A stretch of DNA of 64,000 nt from an uncultured Gemmatimonadales bacterium (GTDB lineage Bacteria > Gemmatimonadota > Gemmatimonadetes > Gemmatimonadales > Gemmatimonadaceae): the NCBI GenBank assembly GCA_963850905.1, contig CAWKMU010000003.1, positions 1,312,001-1,376,000 of the forward strand, in the 5' to 3' direction. The stretch's first letter is position 1. The number at the start of each line of letters is the position of its first letter. Below the pieces are notes generated by a model. It had not been told where the DNA came from, made no database searches, and saw nothing but the letters and a program-made list of their open reading frames with translations. Made by a program: the position numbers and the translations under genes. This document shows, in pieces, positions 20,039 to 30,433 of this stretch.

Positions 20039-20216
20039 AGAGGAGTGAGGAGAAAGGCGAAAGGAGAAAGCAGAAGGGAGACGGGTACCGGATCGTCCGC
20101 AGCGACGTGGAGGGGCGACCTTTAGGCCGCCCATCGGGTGCGACACCGTCTGCATTGGCATGTGATACCGGGGCGGGGCCGTTACGACAACTAGCAACGT
20201 GAGGCGGGTAGGGGCG

Positions 20217-21176
20217 ATGGCGAAACGGCGGGCGGCGCGAGTGCCGCGAACAGCGACGGGGAAACACGCGGGTCCAGATCTCCAGGCATCGGCCGAACGC
20301 GCGGCCCGCGCCGGCGCGAAGGAACGCACCGAAGAGGGACATCTGCTTGCGGGCCGCCGGCCGCCGTCACAGGAGGCGGCGCTACCCAGACACTCCGGCG
20401 CCGTACAACGCGTCGAAGACGCGATCCGCGACCTGCCGCCGGTCACCGAAGACGAGAAGCTCCTGCAGGAACACGGGCCGCCGGCGGACTTCACGCGCTC
20501 GGATCCGTGGCGCGTCATGCGGATCATGAGCGAATTCATCGAGGGCTTCGATACCCTCGCCAGCATCAAGAAGGGGGTCTCGATCTTCGGGTCCGCGCGA
20601 ACCGGGCCCGATGATCCGCAATATGCCGCTGCGCGGGAGACGGCCAGGCTGTTGGCCGAGGCGGGCTACGCGATCATCACCGGCGCCGGCCCGGGCATCA
20701 TGGAGGCCGCCAATCGCGGGGCGCGCGAGGGGCATGGGCGATCAGTGGGCTGCAACATCGAGTTGCCGTTCGAGCAAGGGGCCAACCCGTACGTCGATAC
20801 GCTGATCAACTTCCGCTACTTCTTCGTGCGCAAGACGATGTTCATCAAGTACTCGGATGCGTTCGTCATCTTTCCCGGCGGGTACGGCACGCTCGATGAG
20901 CTCTTTGAGGCCCTGACGTTGATCCAGACGGGCAAGATCTATCGCTTCCCCGTCATTCTCTTCGGTCGGCGGTACTGGGCTGGCCTCGTGCGCTGGCTGC
21001 ACACACGCGTCATGCTGGAGCGCAAGATCTCACCTGGCGATCTCGATCTGATGCTGCTCACCGACGATCCCGCGGAGGCCGCGGCGGCAGTGGTCGCGGC
21101 GCACTCGACTGCCTTTCCCGAACGCGGCACGAACGGCGCCGAGGCGGCGGACCGGGCAATCGTGGAGCTCGACTGA
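20217..21176 (+). CDS. LOG family (TIGR00730) nucleotide phosphoribohydrolase
   Basis: IFGSAR, TGAGPGIMEAAN, YFFVRK and PGGYGTLDELFE motifs. Confidence 0.93.
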   Translation: MAKRRAARVPRTATGKHAGPDLQASAERAARAGAKERTEEGHLLAGRRPPSQEAALPRHSGAVQRVEDAIRDLPPVTEDEKLLQEHGPPADFTRSDPWRVMRIMSEFIEGFDTLASIKKGVSIFGSARTGPDDPQYAAARETARLLAEAGYAIITGAGPGIMEAANRGAREGHGRSVGCNIELPFEQGANPYVDTLINFRYFFVRKTMFIKYSDAFVIFPGGYGTLDELFEALTLIQTGKIYRFPVILFGRRYWAGLVRWLHTRVMLERKISPGDLDLMLLTDDPAEAAAAVVAAHSTAFPERGTNGAEAADRAIVELD

Positions 21177-21271
21177 CGGTGAAAAGCCAGGCAAGTGGAA
21201 CGTCGCGAACGCCATGACGACGCGGCTGTCCGTGACGAGCAAACCGAGTATCCTCCATCATGCCAGGTCAT

Positions 21272-22506
21272 ATGCATGATGGACGTTTCGATCACAGCGT
21301 GACCCACGAGCCGGGCCACGAGGCTGGCAATCGGTCACACTTCCTGGACGGCGCGCGCATCGATCCGCGTCCGATTACGGGACGCGAGATCGTCGCAGAC
21401 CTCATCGAGGGGACATTTCTCGCATACAACGCTGCCCGGTTGCGTGAGGCGTGCCAGCTCCTGACCACGCGGATGCTCGAACCGAGATGTCACGGTCGGG
21501 CTCTCGATCACCGGTGCTCTCACGCCGGCCGGGCTCGGGATGGCCGCGCTCATCCCCCTGGTAGAAGCCGGCTTCATCGACTGGATCGTCTCGACTGGCG
21601 CGAACCTCTACCACGACACCCACTTCGGCCTCGGGCTCGCGATGCATCGGGGCACCGCGCAGGCATCGGACATCGTCCTGCGCGCCGAGGGTGTCGTGCG
21701 CATCTACGACATCTTCTTCGACTACGATGTGCTGCTCTCGACGGATGCGTTCTTCCGGCAGATCATTCGCGCACCGGAGTTCCAACGCGCCATGTCGAGC
21801 GCCGAATTCCACTACCTCTGCGGCAAGTACGTGCGCGAGCGCGAGCGAGCGCTCGGCATCGGCCAGAAATCGCTGCTGTCGGCGGCGTACGCGGCGGGCG
21901 TGCCCGTGTACACCTCGTCGCCCGGGGATTCGTCGATCGGCATGAACGTCGCGGCGTTGGCCCTCGACGGCAATGCGTGCGTGATCGACCCCAATCAGGA
22001 TGTGAACGAAACCGCGGCGATCGTGCTCGGGGCGAAGCGCGGCTCCTGGGCGCCCGGTGGTGCGGGCGGCCGCAGCGCCGTGATGATTCTCGGCGGAGGC
22101 AGCCCGAAGAACTTCGTGCTACAAACCGAGCCGCAAATTCAGGAAGTGCTGGGGATCGACGAGCGCGGGCACGACTACTTCCTGCAGGTGACCGACGCGC
22201 GGCCGGATACCGGCGGCCTGTCGGGCGCGACACCGGCCGAGGCGGTGAGTTGGGGGAAGATCGATCCGGATCGGCTGCCGGACGCGGTCGTCTGCTACAC
22301 CGACTCTACGGTCGCCCTTCCGCTGCTCACGGCCTATCGCGCTGGCCCGCCACGCCCCGCGGCCGCTCAAGCGATTGTACGAGCGGCGCGAGGCGATGAT
22401 GCAGCTACTCAGGGACGAGTTCGCGCGCGCGCGGCAGCCCACGCATGGAGCGCCGACGCCGGCACACGCCACTGACGCACATTCGACGTTGCCACAGCAC
22501 CGCTGA
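21272..22506 (+). CDS. Deoxyhypusine synthase-like protein (SpeY/homospermidine synthase-type), frameshifted at ~21485 and ~22337
   Basis: [26 protein letters not shown] and [16 protein letters not shown] motifs. Restoring two +1 insertions gives one ORF ending TGA 22504-22506. Confidence 0.85.
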
Positions 22507-23161
22507 GTCTCGAAGCTCGGTCCCTATCCTCATGGCGTCGGAGGAGGACCGACTCGCTCGCACCGCCCCCGCCATCCACCGAATGCAGCGGCGACCCGAC
22601 ATGCGTATATAGGTAGTCTGCCTGGCCCGAGGCGGCGAGCTGGTTGTCCGTGTTGTAGAGCACATAGGGTACCGTGCCGCTGAACGTCGATCCGCTGACC
22701 GTGTAGGTCACGTTCACGATCCCGCTCACGGTGTCGGTCAGGTTCACCGTGATCGTCGTGGCCGTGGCACTGAACGTCCCCTGTAACGTGTCTCCGAAGG
22801 AGATGTCCCGATTGAAGCTCGAGTCCGTGGCCGTGCGCACGTCGCGGATCGTCAGGTAGTCCATCTCTTCCGCGCTCGAGTCGGTGTTGAGGTACAGCTT
22901 GGAGCTGTCGATATAGGCCTGGAAGACCCGCATGGTGTCGGGGCCGGTCACGCTATCGTAGGCCAGCTGATAGGGCACCGTCGAGTCGTTCACATCCTGC
23001 AGGGCGTAGCTGCCTGCGTACAACGCGCCGCCACCACCCCCGTTGGTCCCGCCACCGCCTGTTGGACCAATCACGCCGGTAGGCGCCGTTTCGTTCTTGT
23101 TCTCGGCGGTGAAGCACGCGACAGCTGTGACCAGGAGCGCGACGGCTGCGAGTCGGTACAT
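22409..23161 (-). CDS. Hypothetical lipoprotein (beta-rich, lipocalin-like)
   Basis: [16 protein letters not shown] lipobox; GSYAL..VN and T/S-rich beta strands. C-terminus overlaps the neighbouring gene and is uncertain. Confidence 0.7.
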   Translation of the reverse strand: MYRLAAVALLVTAVACFTAENKNETAPTGVIGPTGGGGTNGGGGGALYAGSYALQDVNDSTVPYQLAYDSVTGPDTMRVFQAYIDSSKLYLNTDSSAEEMDYLTIRDVRTATDSSFNRDISFGDTLQGTFSATATTITVNLTDTVSGIVNVTYTVSGSTFSGTVPYVLYNTDNQLAASGQADYLYTHVGSPLHSVDGGGGASESVLLRRHEDRDRASRLSGAVATSNVRQWRVPASALHAWAAARARTRP

Positions 23162-23478
23162 CGCGCCGGAGGCTCGGGCAGAAATGCGCTTACACACGTC
23201 TCTCATAGGCCCTTCGTCCTTAGTGTAGGCTTGTCCAGGTGGCGGACTGGTCCGGGTTTAGCGCCCCTGGCAGGGACGCCAGAACCCCGCAGGCGGTCAC
23301 AGCGGGAGCCCCCACTTTGACCGAGCTGCCGACAGCGCGACGCCCCGAGCCTCGGTCAGCCTGCCCTGGTGCGGCACCGCACGGCGGGCTGATTGCGGGC
23401 CGCCTCCGCGGCGCTTACGTTGGGCAAAGAGCCCGGCCGCGCACAGCGGCCGGGCGTTCCCCTTTTGTATCCGGTGGT

Positions 23479-23946
23479 ATGATTGAAGAGCTGAAAGTCA
23501 AGCTCGGCGACGAGGTCGCGCGCCTCCAGCACGAGCTGGCGGTTACCCTACCCGCCGAGATCCGCCGAGCGGTCGAACTGGGCGACCTCCGGGAGAACAG
23601 CGAATACAAGGCTGCCCTGGAGCGACAGCAGTTCGTGCAGGCGCGACTCGGCCATCTCCGGCAGCGGTTGAGCAAGCTCTCGCAGGTCGACATCACGCAG
23701 ATCCCACCGGATCGCGTCGGCCTCGGCTCGCGCGTAGTCGTCGAGGATCAGCAGACCAAGGGAATCGAGACCTATAGCCTCGTCTTTGGCGACTCCGTCG
23801 AGCTGGAAGATGGACAGTGCAGCATGTCCTCGCCGATCGGACGCGCGTTGCTTGGACGAGGACTCGGCGACGTGACCGTGCTCAAGCTGCCTACGCTCAC
23901 GCGCCGCCTCAAGATTCTGGAGCTGCGGACGATCCATCAGGCGTAG
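23479..23946 (+). CDS. greA: Transcription elongation factor GreA/GreB
   Basis: GDLRENSEYKAA and SMSSPIGRALLG motifs. Confidence 0.9.
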   Translation: MIEELKVKLGDEVARLQHELAVTLPAEIRRAVELGDLRENSEYKAALERQQFVQARLGHLRQRLSKLSQVDITQIPPDRVGLGSRVVVEDQQTKGIETYSLVFGDSVELEDGQCSMSSPIGRALLGRGLGDVTVLKLPTLTRRLKILELRTIHQA

Positions 23947-25522
23947 TCGCGTCGCCCAGGCCGAACACGCGCTGCGCATCCCGTGCATAGTCGTCGAGCG
24001 CTCGCTGGCGGGCTGCGGCATCCCAATCCAATAGTGGCGCGACGACCTCGGCAACACGAGGTGCCACGGCAACGCCGGCGTCACGCGTCTCGAACGCAAC
24101 GTGCGTCCGGCGCATGAGCAGGTCGGAGAGTGTGAACGCCCGCTCGCACTGAACACCGTACACGATGTCCGCGAGTCGATAGGGCAGCTGCGGATCGAGC
24201 CGCGCTGACAGCCGCGTGTCTGACGAGGCAAGGGCATCCACGGCCGCGGCTCGCTCACGACCTGGCAATCGCACCACGTGAGTCGTCGTCGGGACGATGG
24301 GTCGCTCCAGCTCAGCCAGCACCGTGTCGACTACCTCCGCCGCCATCGCTCGGTACGTGGTGAGCTTGCCGCCGGTGACCGTCACCATCCCGGACGGCGC
24401 GCGCTCGATCTCGTGTTCGCGGGACGCGCTTGCGGCGTCCGACGGATGCCCGGAGGCCGCAAGCGGACGGATGCCGGCCCACGCGGACACGACGTCCGTG
24501 CGCTCGAGCCGCGCTCGTGGGAACGCGGAGTTAACTGACGACAGCAGGTACTCGATGTCGCCGGTCGCCGCGCGAACCTCATCAGGGTCCGCAGTCGTGT
24601 CGCTCTCGGTCGTCCCAATGATCGTCAGACGGCCCGCTGGAAGTACGAACATGACGCGGCCATCGATGGCGGAGAGCAATGTCACCGCGCCGCGGTTGCC
24701 GACGCGGTGGGCCGGCACTGCGAGATGCACGCCCTTGTCCCCCCGCACGCTCGGGGTGCCGAGCGGGTCGGCGAGTTGACGCACGGAATCGGTCCACGGG
24801 CCCGTCGCATTGACGATCGCACTGGCGCGAACCGAGACCTCATCGCCTGACAGCCTGTCGTAGACTCCCGCGCCGACGGCGCGGCCACTGGCATCGTGTA
24901 TGATCGAGCGGACAGTGGCGTGGTTGAGGATCGCGGCACCCGAGCCAGCTGCGGCCAGTGCGTTGGCGAGGGTCAGTCGCGCGTCGTCGGTTGCTGCGTC
25001 GAAGTACTCGGCTCCGCCAGTCAATCCCCGCGGATCGAGCTCCGGCTCACGCAGCAGCACCCCGCCGGCAGTGAGTCGGCGGTGCCTCGCGACGTTCCGC
25101 CACAACGCCAGCGCATCGTAGAGCATGAGTCCGGCGCCGAGCTTCCATCCGGGGACGCGGGCGCCCTGGTAGACGGGCCAGGTAAACCGAAGCGGCCGAA
25201 CGAGGTGGGGGGCAATGTGGAGGAGGGTCCGCCGCTCGCGGCTGGCCTCGAACACCAAATGGAAATGCCCGTACTCCAGATACCGTACGCCGCCGTGAAT
25301 GAGGCGCGAAGAACGGCTCGATGTCCCACTCCCAAAATCATCGCGCTCAATGAGGGCGGTCCGCAGACCGCGGAGTGCGGCATCCCGTGCAATGCCCGCT
25401 CCGGTGATCCCACCGCCAATGACCAGCAGGTCAAATGGTGAGCTCGCGAGGTCGCGGAGGGTATCGAAGCGGCCGCTGCGCGACCGAGAGAGTAGACCCA
25501 CAGAAAGTAGAAAGTAGACCAC
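23909..25522 (-). CDS. glpD: FAD-dependent glycerol-3-phosphate dehydrogenase
   Basis: IGGGITGAG, GTSSRSSRLIHGGVRYLE, DDARL, GIRPL and GGKLTTYR. Start may be slightly downstream. Confidence 0.95.
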   Translation of the reverse strand: MVYFLLSVGLLSRSRSGRFDTLRDLASSPFDLLVIGGGITGAGIARDAALRGLRTALIERDDFGSGTSSRSSRLIHGGVRYLEYGHFHLVFEASRERRTLLHIAPHLVRPLRFTWPVYQGARVPGWKLGAGLMLYDALALWRNVARHRRLTAGGVLLREPELDPRGLTGGAEYFDAATDDARLTLANALAAAGSGAAILNHATVRSIIHDASGRAVGAGVYDRLSGDEVSVRASAIVNATGPWTDSVRQLADPLGTPSVRGDKGVHLAVPAHRVGNRGAVTLLSAIDGRVMFVLPAGRLTIIGTTESDTTADPDEVRAATGDIEYLLSSVNSAFPRARLERTDVVSAWAGIRPLAASGHPSDAASASREHEIERAPSGMVTVTGGKLTTYRAMAAEVVDTVLAELERPIVPTTTHVVRLPGRERAAAVDALASSDTRLSARLDPQLPYRLADIVYGVQCERAFTLSDLLMRRTHVAFETRDAGVAVAPRVAEVVAPLLDWDAAARQRALDDYARDAQRVFGLGDATTPDGSSAAPES

Positions 25523-25545
25523 GGCGCGCCCGTGGTCTACTTTCT
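25509..25545. repeat. Perfect 16-bp inverted repeat between divergent glpD and fadI
   Basis: AGAAAGTAGACCACGG-cgcgc-CCGTGGTCTACTTTCT. Confidence 0.8.
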
Positions 25546-25575
25546 CGGCCGCGCCAGCGGCCGTAGCTTCCGATC

Positions 25576-26871
25576 ATGCCCACGTTCGGAAATGGTCGTC
25601 GCGTAGTGGTCGTTGCTGGCCTGCGCACGCCATTTGCCAAGGCGGGGACGGTGCTCAAGTCGATGTCGGCGATCGACCTCGGGCGCGCGTGCGTGTCGGA
25701 GCTCATCGAGCGGACGAACCTCGATCCTGCGCAGCTGGAAGCCGTGGTGTTTGGCACGGTCATCCCGTCGGTACTCGCACCCAACATCGCGCGTGAGATC
25801 GCGCTGATGCCGCTGCTGCCAAAGGGCGTCCAGGCCTACTCGGTGAGCCGCGCCTGCGCGTCCGCGAACCAGGCGATCACCGACGCGGCTGACCAGATCG
25901 CCCTCGGACAGGCCGACGTCGTGATCGCCGGTGGGGCCGAGTCGCTATCCAACATCCCGATTCTCCACGCCCAGGGCTTCGCCGACGCCTTGATGGCTGC
26001 CAATCGCGCCAAGACGCTCCCGCAACGCCTCGGCGCGTTTTCCCGCGTGCGACCCAAGGATCTGCGACCGATCGCGCCCGCGATCGCGGAGCCGTCGACG
26101 GGCGAGACGATGGGTCAGTCCGCCGAGAAAATGGCGAAGATCAATCACATTCCGCGCGATGAACAAGACCAGTTCGCGCTGCGGTCGCATCGGCTGGCTG
26201 CGGCGGGGACGGCCGACGGCCGGCTCACCGCGGAGATCGCGCCAACCTACGTGTCGCCACGGTACGAGACAGTCGTCACGAGCGACAACGGCATTCGCGA
26301 CCAAACGAGCTACGACCAGCTCGCAGCGCTCAAACCCGTATTCGATCGCACTTATGGCACGGTGACGGCGGGGAATTCCTCACCGCTCACCGACGGCGGC
26401 GGCGCGGTGCTGCTCATGAGCGAGTCGCGCGCCCGGGCCCTCGGATATGCACCGCTCGCCGTCATCCGCTCCTACGCATACGCGGCGCTCGATCCCGGCG
26501 AGCAGCTCTTGCAGGCGCCGGTGCTCGCGGCACCGGTGGCACTTCGCCGGGCGGGTCTGACGCTCAAGGACATGGATCTCATCGAGATGCACGAAGCGTT
26601 CGCCGCGCAGGTTCTCTCCAACCTGCGCGGCTTCGAGTCGCAGCAATGGGCAGAGCGAGCCGGCCTGTCCGCGCCGCTCGGAGAGGTCGATCGCACCCGC
26701 CTCAATGTCATGGGCGGCTCGATCGCGATCGGTCACCCGTTCGGCGCGACCGGGGCGCGCATCCTGACCACGCTCTGCCACGAGCTCGCCCGGCGGCGGG
26801 GCCAGTTTGGTCTCCTCACGGTATGTGCGGCCGGCGGCCTGGGCCACGCGATGGTCGTCGAGCGAGTCTGA
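25576..26871 (+). CDS. fadI: Acetyl-CoA C-acyltransferase (thiolase)
   Basis: RACAS, EMHEAFAAQ, GHPFGATG and CAAGGLG motifs. Confidence 0.93.
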   Translation: MPTFGNGRRVVVVAGLRTPFAKAGTVLKSMSAIDLGRACVSELIERTNLDPAQLEAVVFGTVIPSVLAPNIAREIALMPLLPKGVQAYSVSRACASANQAITDAADQIALGQADVVIAGGAESLSNIPILHAQGFADALMAANRAKTLPQRLGAFSRVRPKDLRPIAPAIAEPSTGETMGQSAEKMAKINHIPRDEQDQFALRSHRLAAAGTADGRLTAEIAPTYVSPRYETVVTSDNGIRDQTSYDQLAALKPVFDRTYGTVTAGNSSPLTDGGGAVLLMSESRARALGYAPLAVIRSYAYAALDPGEQLLQAPVLAAPVALRRAGLTLKDMDLIEMHEAFAAQVLSNLRGFESQQWAERAGLSAPLGEVDRTRLNVMGGSIAIGHPFGATGARILTTLCHELARRRGQFGLLTVCAAGGLGHAMVVERV

Positions 26872-29015
26872 TGCCCGCACTTTCGTTCGAGGTGCGCGAT
26901 CAGGTCGCGTTCGTGACGTTCGATCTTCCCGATATGAGCGTGAACACATTCACGCGCGCCGTTCGGGACGAATTCGAGGCCCTGCTGGAGCGGCTCGAGC
27001 GTGACACGAGTGTGCGCGCGGCCGTGTTGCTCAGCGGTAAACCCGAGGTGTGGATTGCGGGCGCCGACGTCGAGGAACTGGCCGCCCTGCCGACGGCAGC
27101 CGACGCCCAGCGTCTCAGCCAAACGGGGCACGCGTTGATGGATCGCGTCGAGCGATTGCGCACGCCGGTGGTGGCGGCGATCAACGGTGCGTGCCTCGGC
27201 GGTGGCCTGGAGCTCGCCTTGGCATGTGCCTACCGTATTGCCACCGAGAGTGCATCGACCGTGCTTGCGTTCCCGGAGGTCCAACTCGGCTTGATCCCCG
27301 GCGCCGGTGGCACGCAGCGACTCCCGCGCCTCATCGGGTTGCGTGCCGCGCTCGACATGATCCTGACCGGCAAGAACGTTCGGGCGCGGCGCGCGTTGCA
27401 GACCGGAGTCGTCGACGAAGTTGTGCATCCGGCGATTCTCCGAGACATTGCGGCGAGTCGCGCGCGCGAGCTCGCAGAGGTCGGCGGCCGACGCAAGATG
27501 CCCCAGCGTGGGCGGGGCCGGTCCCGAGGTGCGGCGCAGCGGTTCCTGCTGGACGAGAATCCCCTGGGCCGAGCGGTCGTACTGCGACAGGCCCGCGAAC
27601 AGACCCTCGCGCGCACGCATGGCCATTATCCGGCACCGCTTGCGGCCCTCGAGGCAGTGCAAGCTGGCTACTCTAGCACCCGCACGCACGGGTTCGAGAC
27701 CGAAGCTCGCCTCTTCGGGCAGGTCGCCGCGACCGATGTCGCCAAGCAGCTGATCTTCCTCTTTTTCGCGTCGAATGCGCTCAAGAAGGATGCGAGCGCG
27801 CTGCCGCGGCCGACGCCGGTCGGCAAGATCGCAGTCCTCGGCACCGGCTTCATGGGCGCGGGCATCGCGGCCGTTTCGGCCCAGCGGGGTGTCGTGGTGC
27901 GGTTCAAGGACGTCGACAATGGGCGGGTCTTGAAAGGGCTGGCGTCGGTCCGCGACGTCCTGCGCGAGCGGCTGGTCAAGCGACAGATCACACGACAGGA
28001 GTTCGACGACCAGATGTCGCTCGTATCCGGGACGAGCACGTACACGGGATTCGGGAACGTGCCCCTGGTCATCGAGGCCGTGTTCGAGGACCTGGCAGTC
28101 AAGCAGGCCGTGATGCGTGAGGTGGAAGCGGCACTGCCACCTCGCGCCATCGTCGCCTCAAACACGAGCACGATTCCGATCGCCCGCATCGCCGAAGCAT
28201 CGCGGGATGCCACGCACGTCCTGGGGATGCACTTTTTCTCGCCCGTGCCCAAAATGCCGTTGCTCGAGGTGATCGTCACCGATCGGACGGACGCGCAGGT
28301 GACGTCGACGGCCGTGGCGTTTGGCATGCGTCTCGGCAAGACCGTGATCATCGTGCGGGATAGCCCCGGCTTCTACGCCAACCGCATCCTGGCGCCGTAC
28401 CTGAACGAAGCCGGCAAGATGCTGGATGAGGGGGCGCCGATCGACGCGATCGACCGCGCGCTCGTTGCGTTTGGCTTCCCCGTGGGGCCGATCACCCTGA
28501 TCGACGAAGTGGGGATCGACATCGCCGGCAAGTCGGGGGCGATCCTGTCTGACGCCTACGGTCCGCGCATGGCGCCGTCGCTGTCGCTCCAGCGCGTGGT
28601 CGCGGCTGGCCGGACCGGGCGAAAGGGCCGGAGGGGATTTTATCTCTACTCGGATGCCGGGAAGAAACAGGGGGTCGATCCAAGCGTCTACACGTTGCTG
28701 CCAACGGGTGTGCAGCGAAGCACCATCAGCGACGAGGAGATTCAACGGCGCGCCGTGCTGGCGATGGTGAACGAGGCGGCGCGATGCCTGGAGGAGGGTG
28801 TCCTGCGGGCGCCGCGCGACGGTGACGTCGGGGCGGTGTTCGGGATCGGATTCCCCCCGTTTCGCGGCGGGCCGTTCCGATATGCTGACACGCTCGGCGC
28901 GGCCGAAGTGGTGCGACAACTCGAGGAGCTCAATGATCGATTCCCGCCGCGATTCCAGCCGGCCGATTCCCTGCTGGACCTCGCGCGCAAGAATGCCCGC
29001 TTTTATCCGGGATGA
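26871..29015 (+). CDS. fadJ: Fatty acid oxidation complex alpha subunit (enoyl-CoA hydratase/3-hydroxyacyl-CoA dehydrogenase)
   Basis: AGAD, GGGLE, PEVQLGLIPGAGGTQRL, GTGFMG, SNTS and HFFSP motifs. Confidence 0.95.
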   Translation: MPALSFEVRDQVAFVTFDLPDMSVNTFTRAVRDEFEALLERLERDTSVRAAVLLSGKPEVWIAGADVEELAALPTAADAQRLSQTGHALMDRVERLRTPVVAAINGACLGGGLELALACAYRIATESASTVLAFPEVQLGLIPGAGGTQRLPRLIGLRAALDMILTGKNVRARRALQTGVVDEVVHPAILRDIAASRARELAEVGGRRKMPQRGRGRSRGAAQRFLLDENPLGRAVVLRQAREQTLARTHGHYPAPLAALEAVQAGYSSTRTHGFETEARLFGQVAATDVAKQLIFLFFASNALKKDASALPRPTPVGKIAVLGTGFMGAGIAAVSAQRGVVVRFKDVDNGRVLKGLASVRDVLRERLVKRQITRQEFDDQMSLVSGTSTYTGFGNVPLVIEAVFEDLAVKQAVMREVEAALPPRAIVASNTSTIPIARIAEASRDATHVLGMHFFSPVPKMPLLEVIVTDRTDAQVTSTAVAFGMRLGKTVIIVRDSPGFYANRILAPYLNEAGKMLDEGAPIDAIDRALVAFGFPVGPITLIDEVGIDIAGKSGAILSDAYGPRMAPSLSLQRVVAAGRTGRKGRRGFYLYSDAGKKQGVDPSVYTLLPTGVQRSTISDEEIQRRAVLAMVNEAARCLEEGVLRAPRDGDVGAVFGIGFPPFRGGPFRYADTLGAAEVVRQLEELNDRFPPRFQPADSLLDLARKNARFYPG

Positions 29016-29037
29016 CGTGCGGAACGCCCGCTAAAGC

Positions 29038-29976
29038 ATGCTCCGGCAGACGCTGCTCTACCTCTCGAGTCAACCGCAGGTCGCCCGGTTTGTCCGCCAC
29101 AACCGTCTGGCGAAGCGATTTGCCGACCGCTTTGTCGCCGGCGAGTCCCTGGAGCAGGCGCTCGATGCGGTGGTCGAGCTCAACAGCAAAGGCGTCAGCG
29201 CGTCGCTCGACGTGTTGGGCGAGAGCGTGCACTCGGAAGACGAGGCGCGCGCGGCCGGCCGGGAGTACCTCCACCTGCTCGATCGCATTCACGAGCGGGG
29301 TCTGGACGCGAACGTGTCAGTCAAGCTGACGGCGATGGGGCTGGATGTCTCCGAAGATCTCTGTGTCACGATCGTCCACGAAGTACTCGCGCGGGCGCGG
29401 GACTACCGGACGTTCGTGCGGTTGGACATGGAATCGAGCGCCTATACGGACCGCACGCTACGCCTCTTCTACGATCGGTTCTACCCCGTATATCCAGAGC
29501 ACGTGGGCATCGTCTTGCAAAGCTACCTCTACCGGACGGAAGCCGACGTCAAACGTGCGATCGCGGCGCGAGCGCGCGTGCGCATTTGCAAGGGCGCTTA
29601 CAAGGAATCGTCAACCGTGGCCTTTCCCGCCAAGCGCGACGTCGATGCCAATTATGATCGCTGCATGCGGCAACTCATGCGCGAGGGGAACTACGCCGGC
29701 ATTGCCACGCACGACGAACGGCTGATCCGCGAGGCAAAGCGATTTGCCGCGGCCGAGGGGATCGCGGTCAGTCGATTCGAGTTTCAAATGCTCTACGGCG
29801 TGCGGCGGGACCTGCAGAGCGCGCTTGTCCGTGACGGGTATCGCGTCCGGGTCTATGTTCCTTTCGGCACGCAGTGGTACCCTTATCTGATGCGTCGATT
29901 GGCTGAGCGCCCGGCGAACGTGGTCTTCATTGCGGGCAACGTCGTCCGGGAAGCGATGCGCCCCAACCATGCTTGA
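29038..29976 (+). CDS. Monofunctional proline dehydrogenase
   Basis: FVAGE, SVKLT, DME, RICKGAY, ATHD, FQMLYG and YLMRRLAERP motifs. Confidence 0.95.
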   Translation: MLRQTLLYLSSQPQVARFVRHNRLAKRFADRFVAGESLEQALDAVVELNSKGVSASLDVLGESVHSEDEARAAGREYLHLLDRIHERGLDANVSVKLTAMGLDVSEDLCVTIVHEVLARARDYRTFVRLDMESSAYTDRTLRLFYDRFYPVYPEHVGIVLQSYLYRTEADVKRAIAARARVRICKGAYKESSTVAFPAKRDVDANYDRCMRQLMREGNYAGIATHDERLIREAKRFAAAEGIAVSRFEFQMLYGVRRDLQSALVRDGYRVRVYVPFGTQWYPYLMRRLAERPANVVFIAGNVVREAMRPNHA

Positions 29977-30389
29977 CCAGACCAGGACCATTTGATGCAA
30001 TCAGCGCGCACGTGTCTCGGGCGCGGTGGCCGGCGGGCCAGGTGAACGGGCAGCACATCCCGCCTGATTATACGCGCGGCGACGAGACCACCGTCGGCGG
30101 GTACGCGGCCGTGCATGGACGCCCGGCCGCGCTCGCGGGGCCGGATGGCGCCTCGTACAGCGTGGAGGTGCTCGTGGACGAAACGGGTCAACCGGGCGCG
30201 CCCTGGGGCGCGTATCTCTTCTTCGTCCGCTGGAGCAGTGGCCGACCCGCTCTCGCGGGTCACGTCGAATCGGACTTCCTGGTCCACGCGCGAACGGTGG
30301 ACGAGGCTCGCACGCAGCTCGGAGCGTGGTCACTCGCGGAGGTGAAGCGCGTGTTGGATCGCCTCGGCCGAGTCGAAGGCGCCGTCTGA
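29973..30389 (+). CDS. Hypothetical protein
   Basis: 138-aa ORF coupled to the upstream stop (TTGA overlap). Confidence 0.65.
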   Translation: MTRPGPFDAISAHVSRARWPAGQVNGQHIPPDYTRGDETTVGGYAAVHGRPAALAGPDGASYSVEVLVDETGQPGAPWGAYLFFVRWSSGRPALAGHVESDFLVHARTVDEARTQLGAWSLAEVKRVLDRLGRVEGAV

Positions 30390-30433
30390 CACCGAGCCGT
30401 TCCACCACGCCGCGTGACCGCGGAGCCGGCGCG

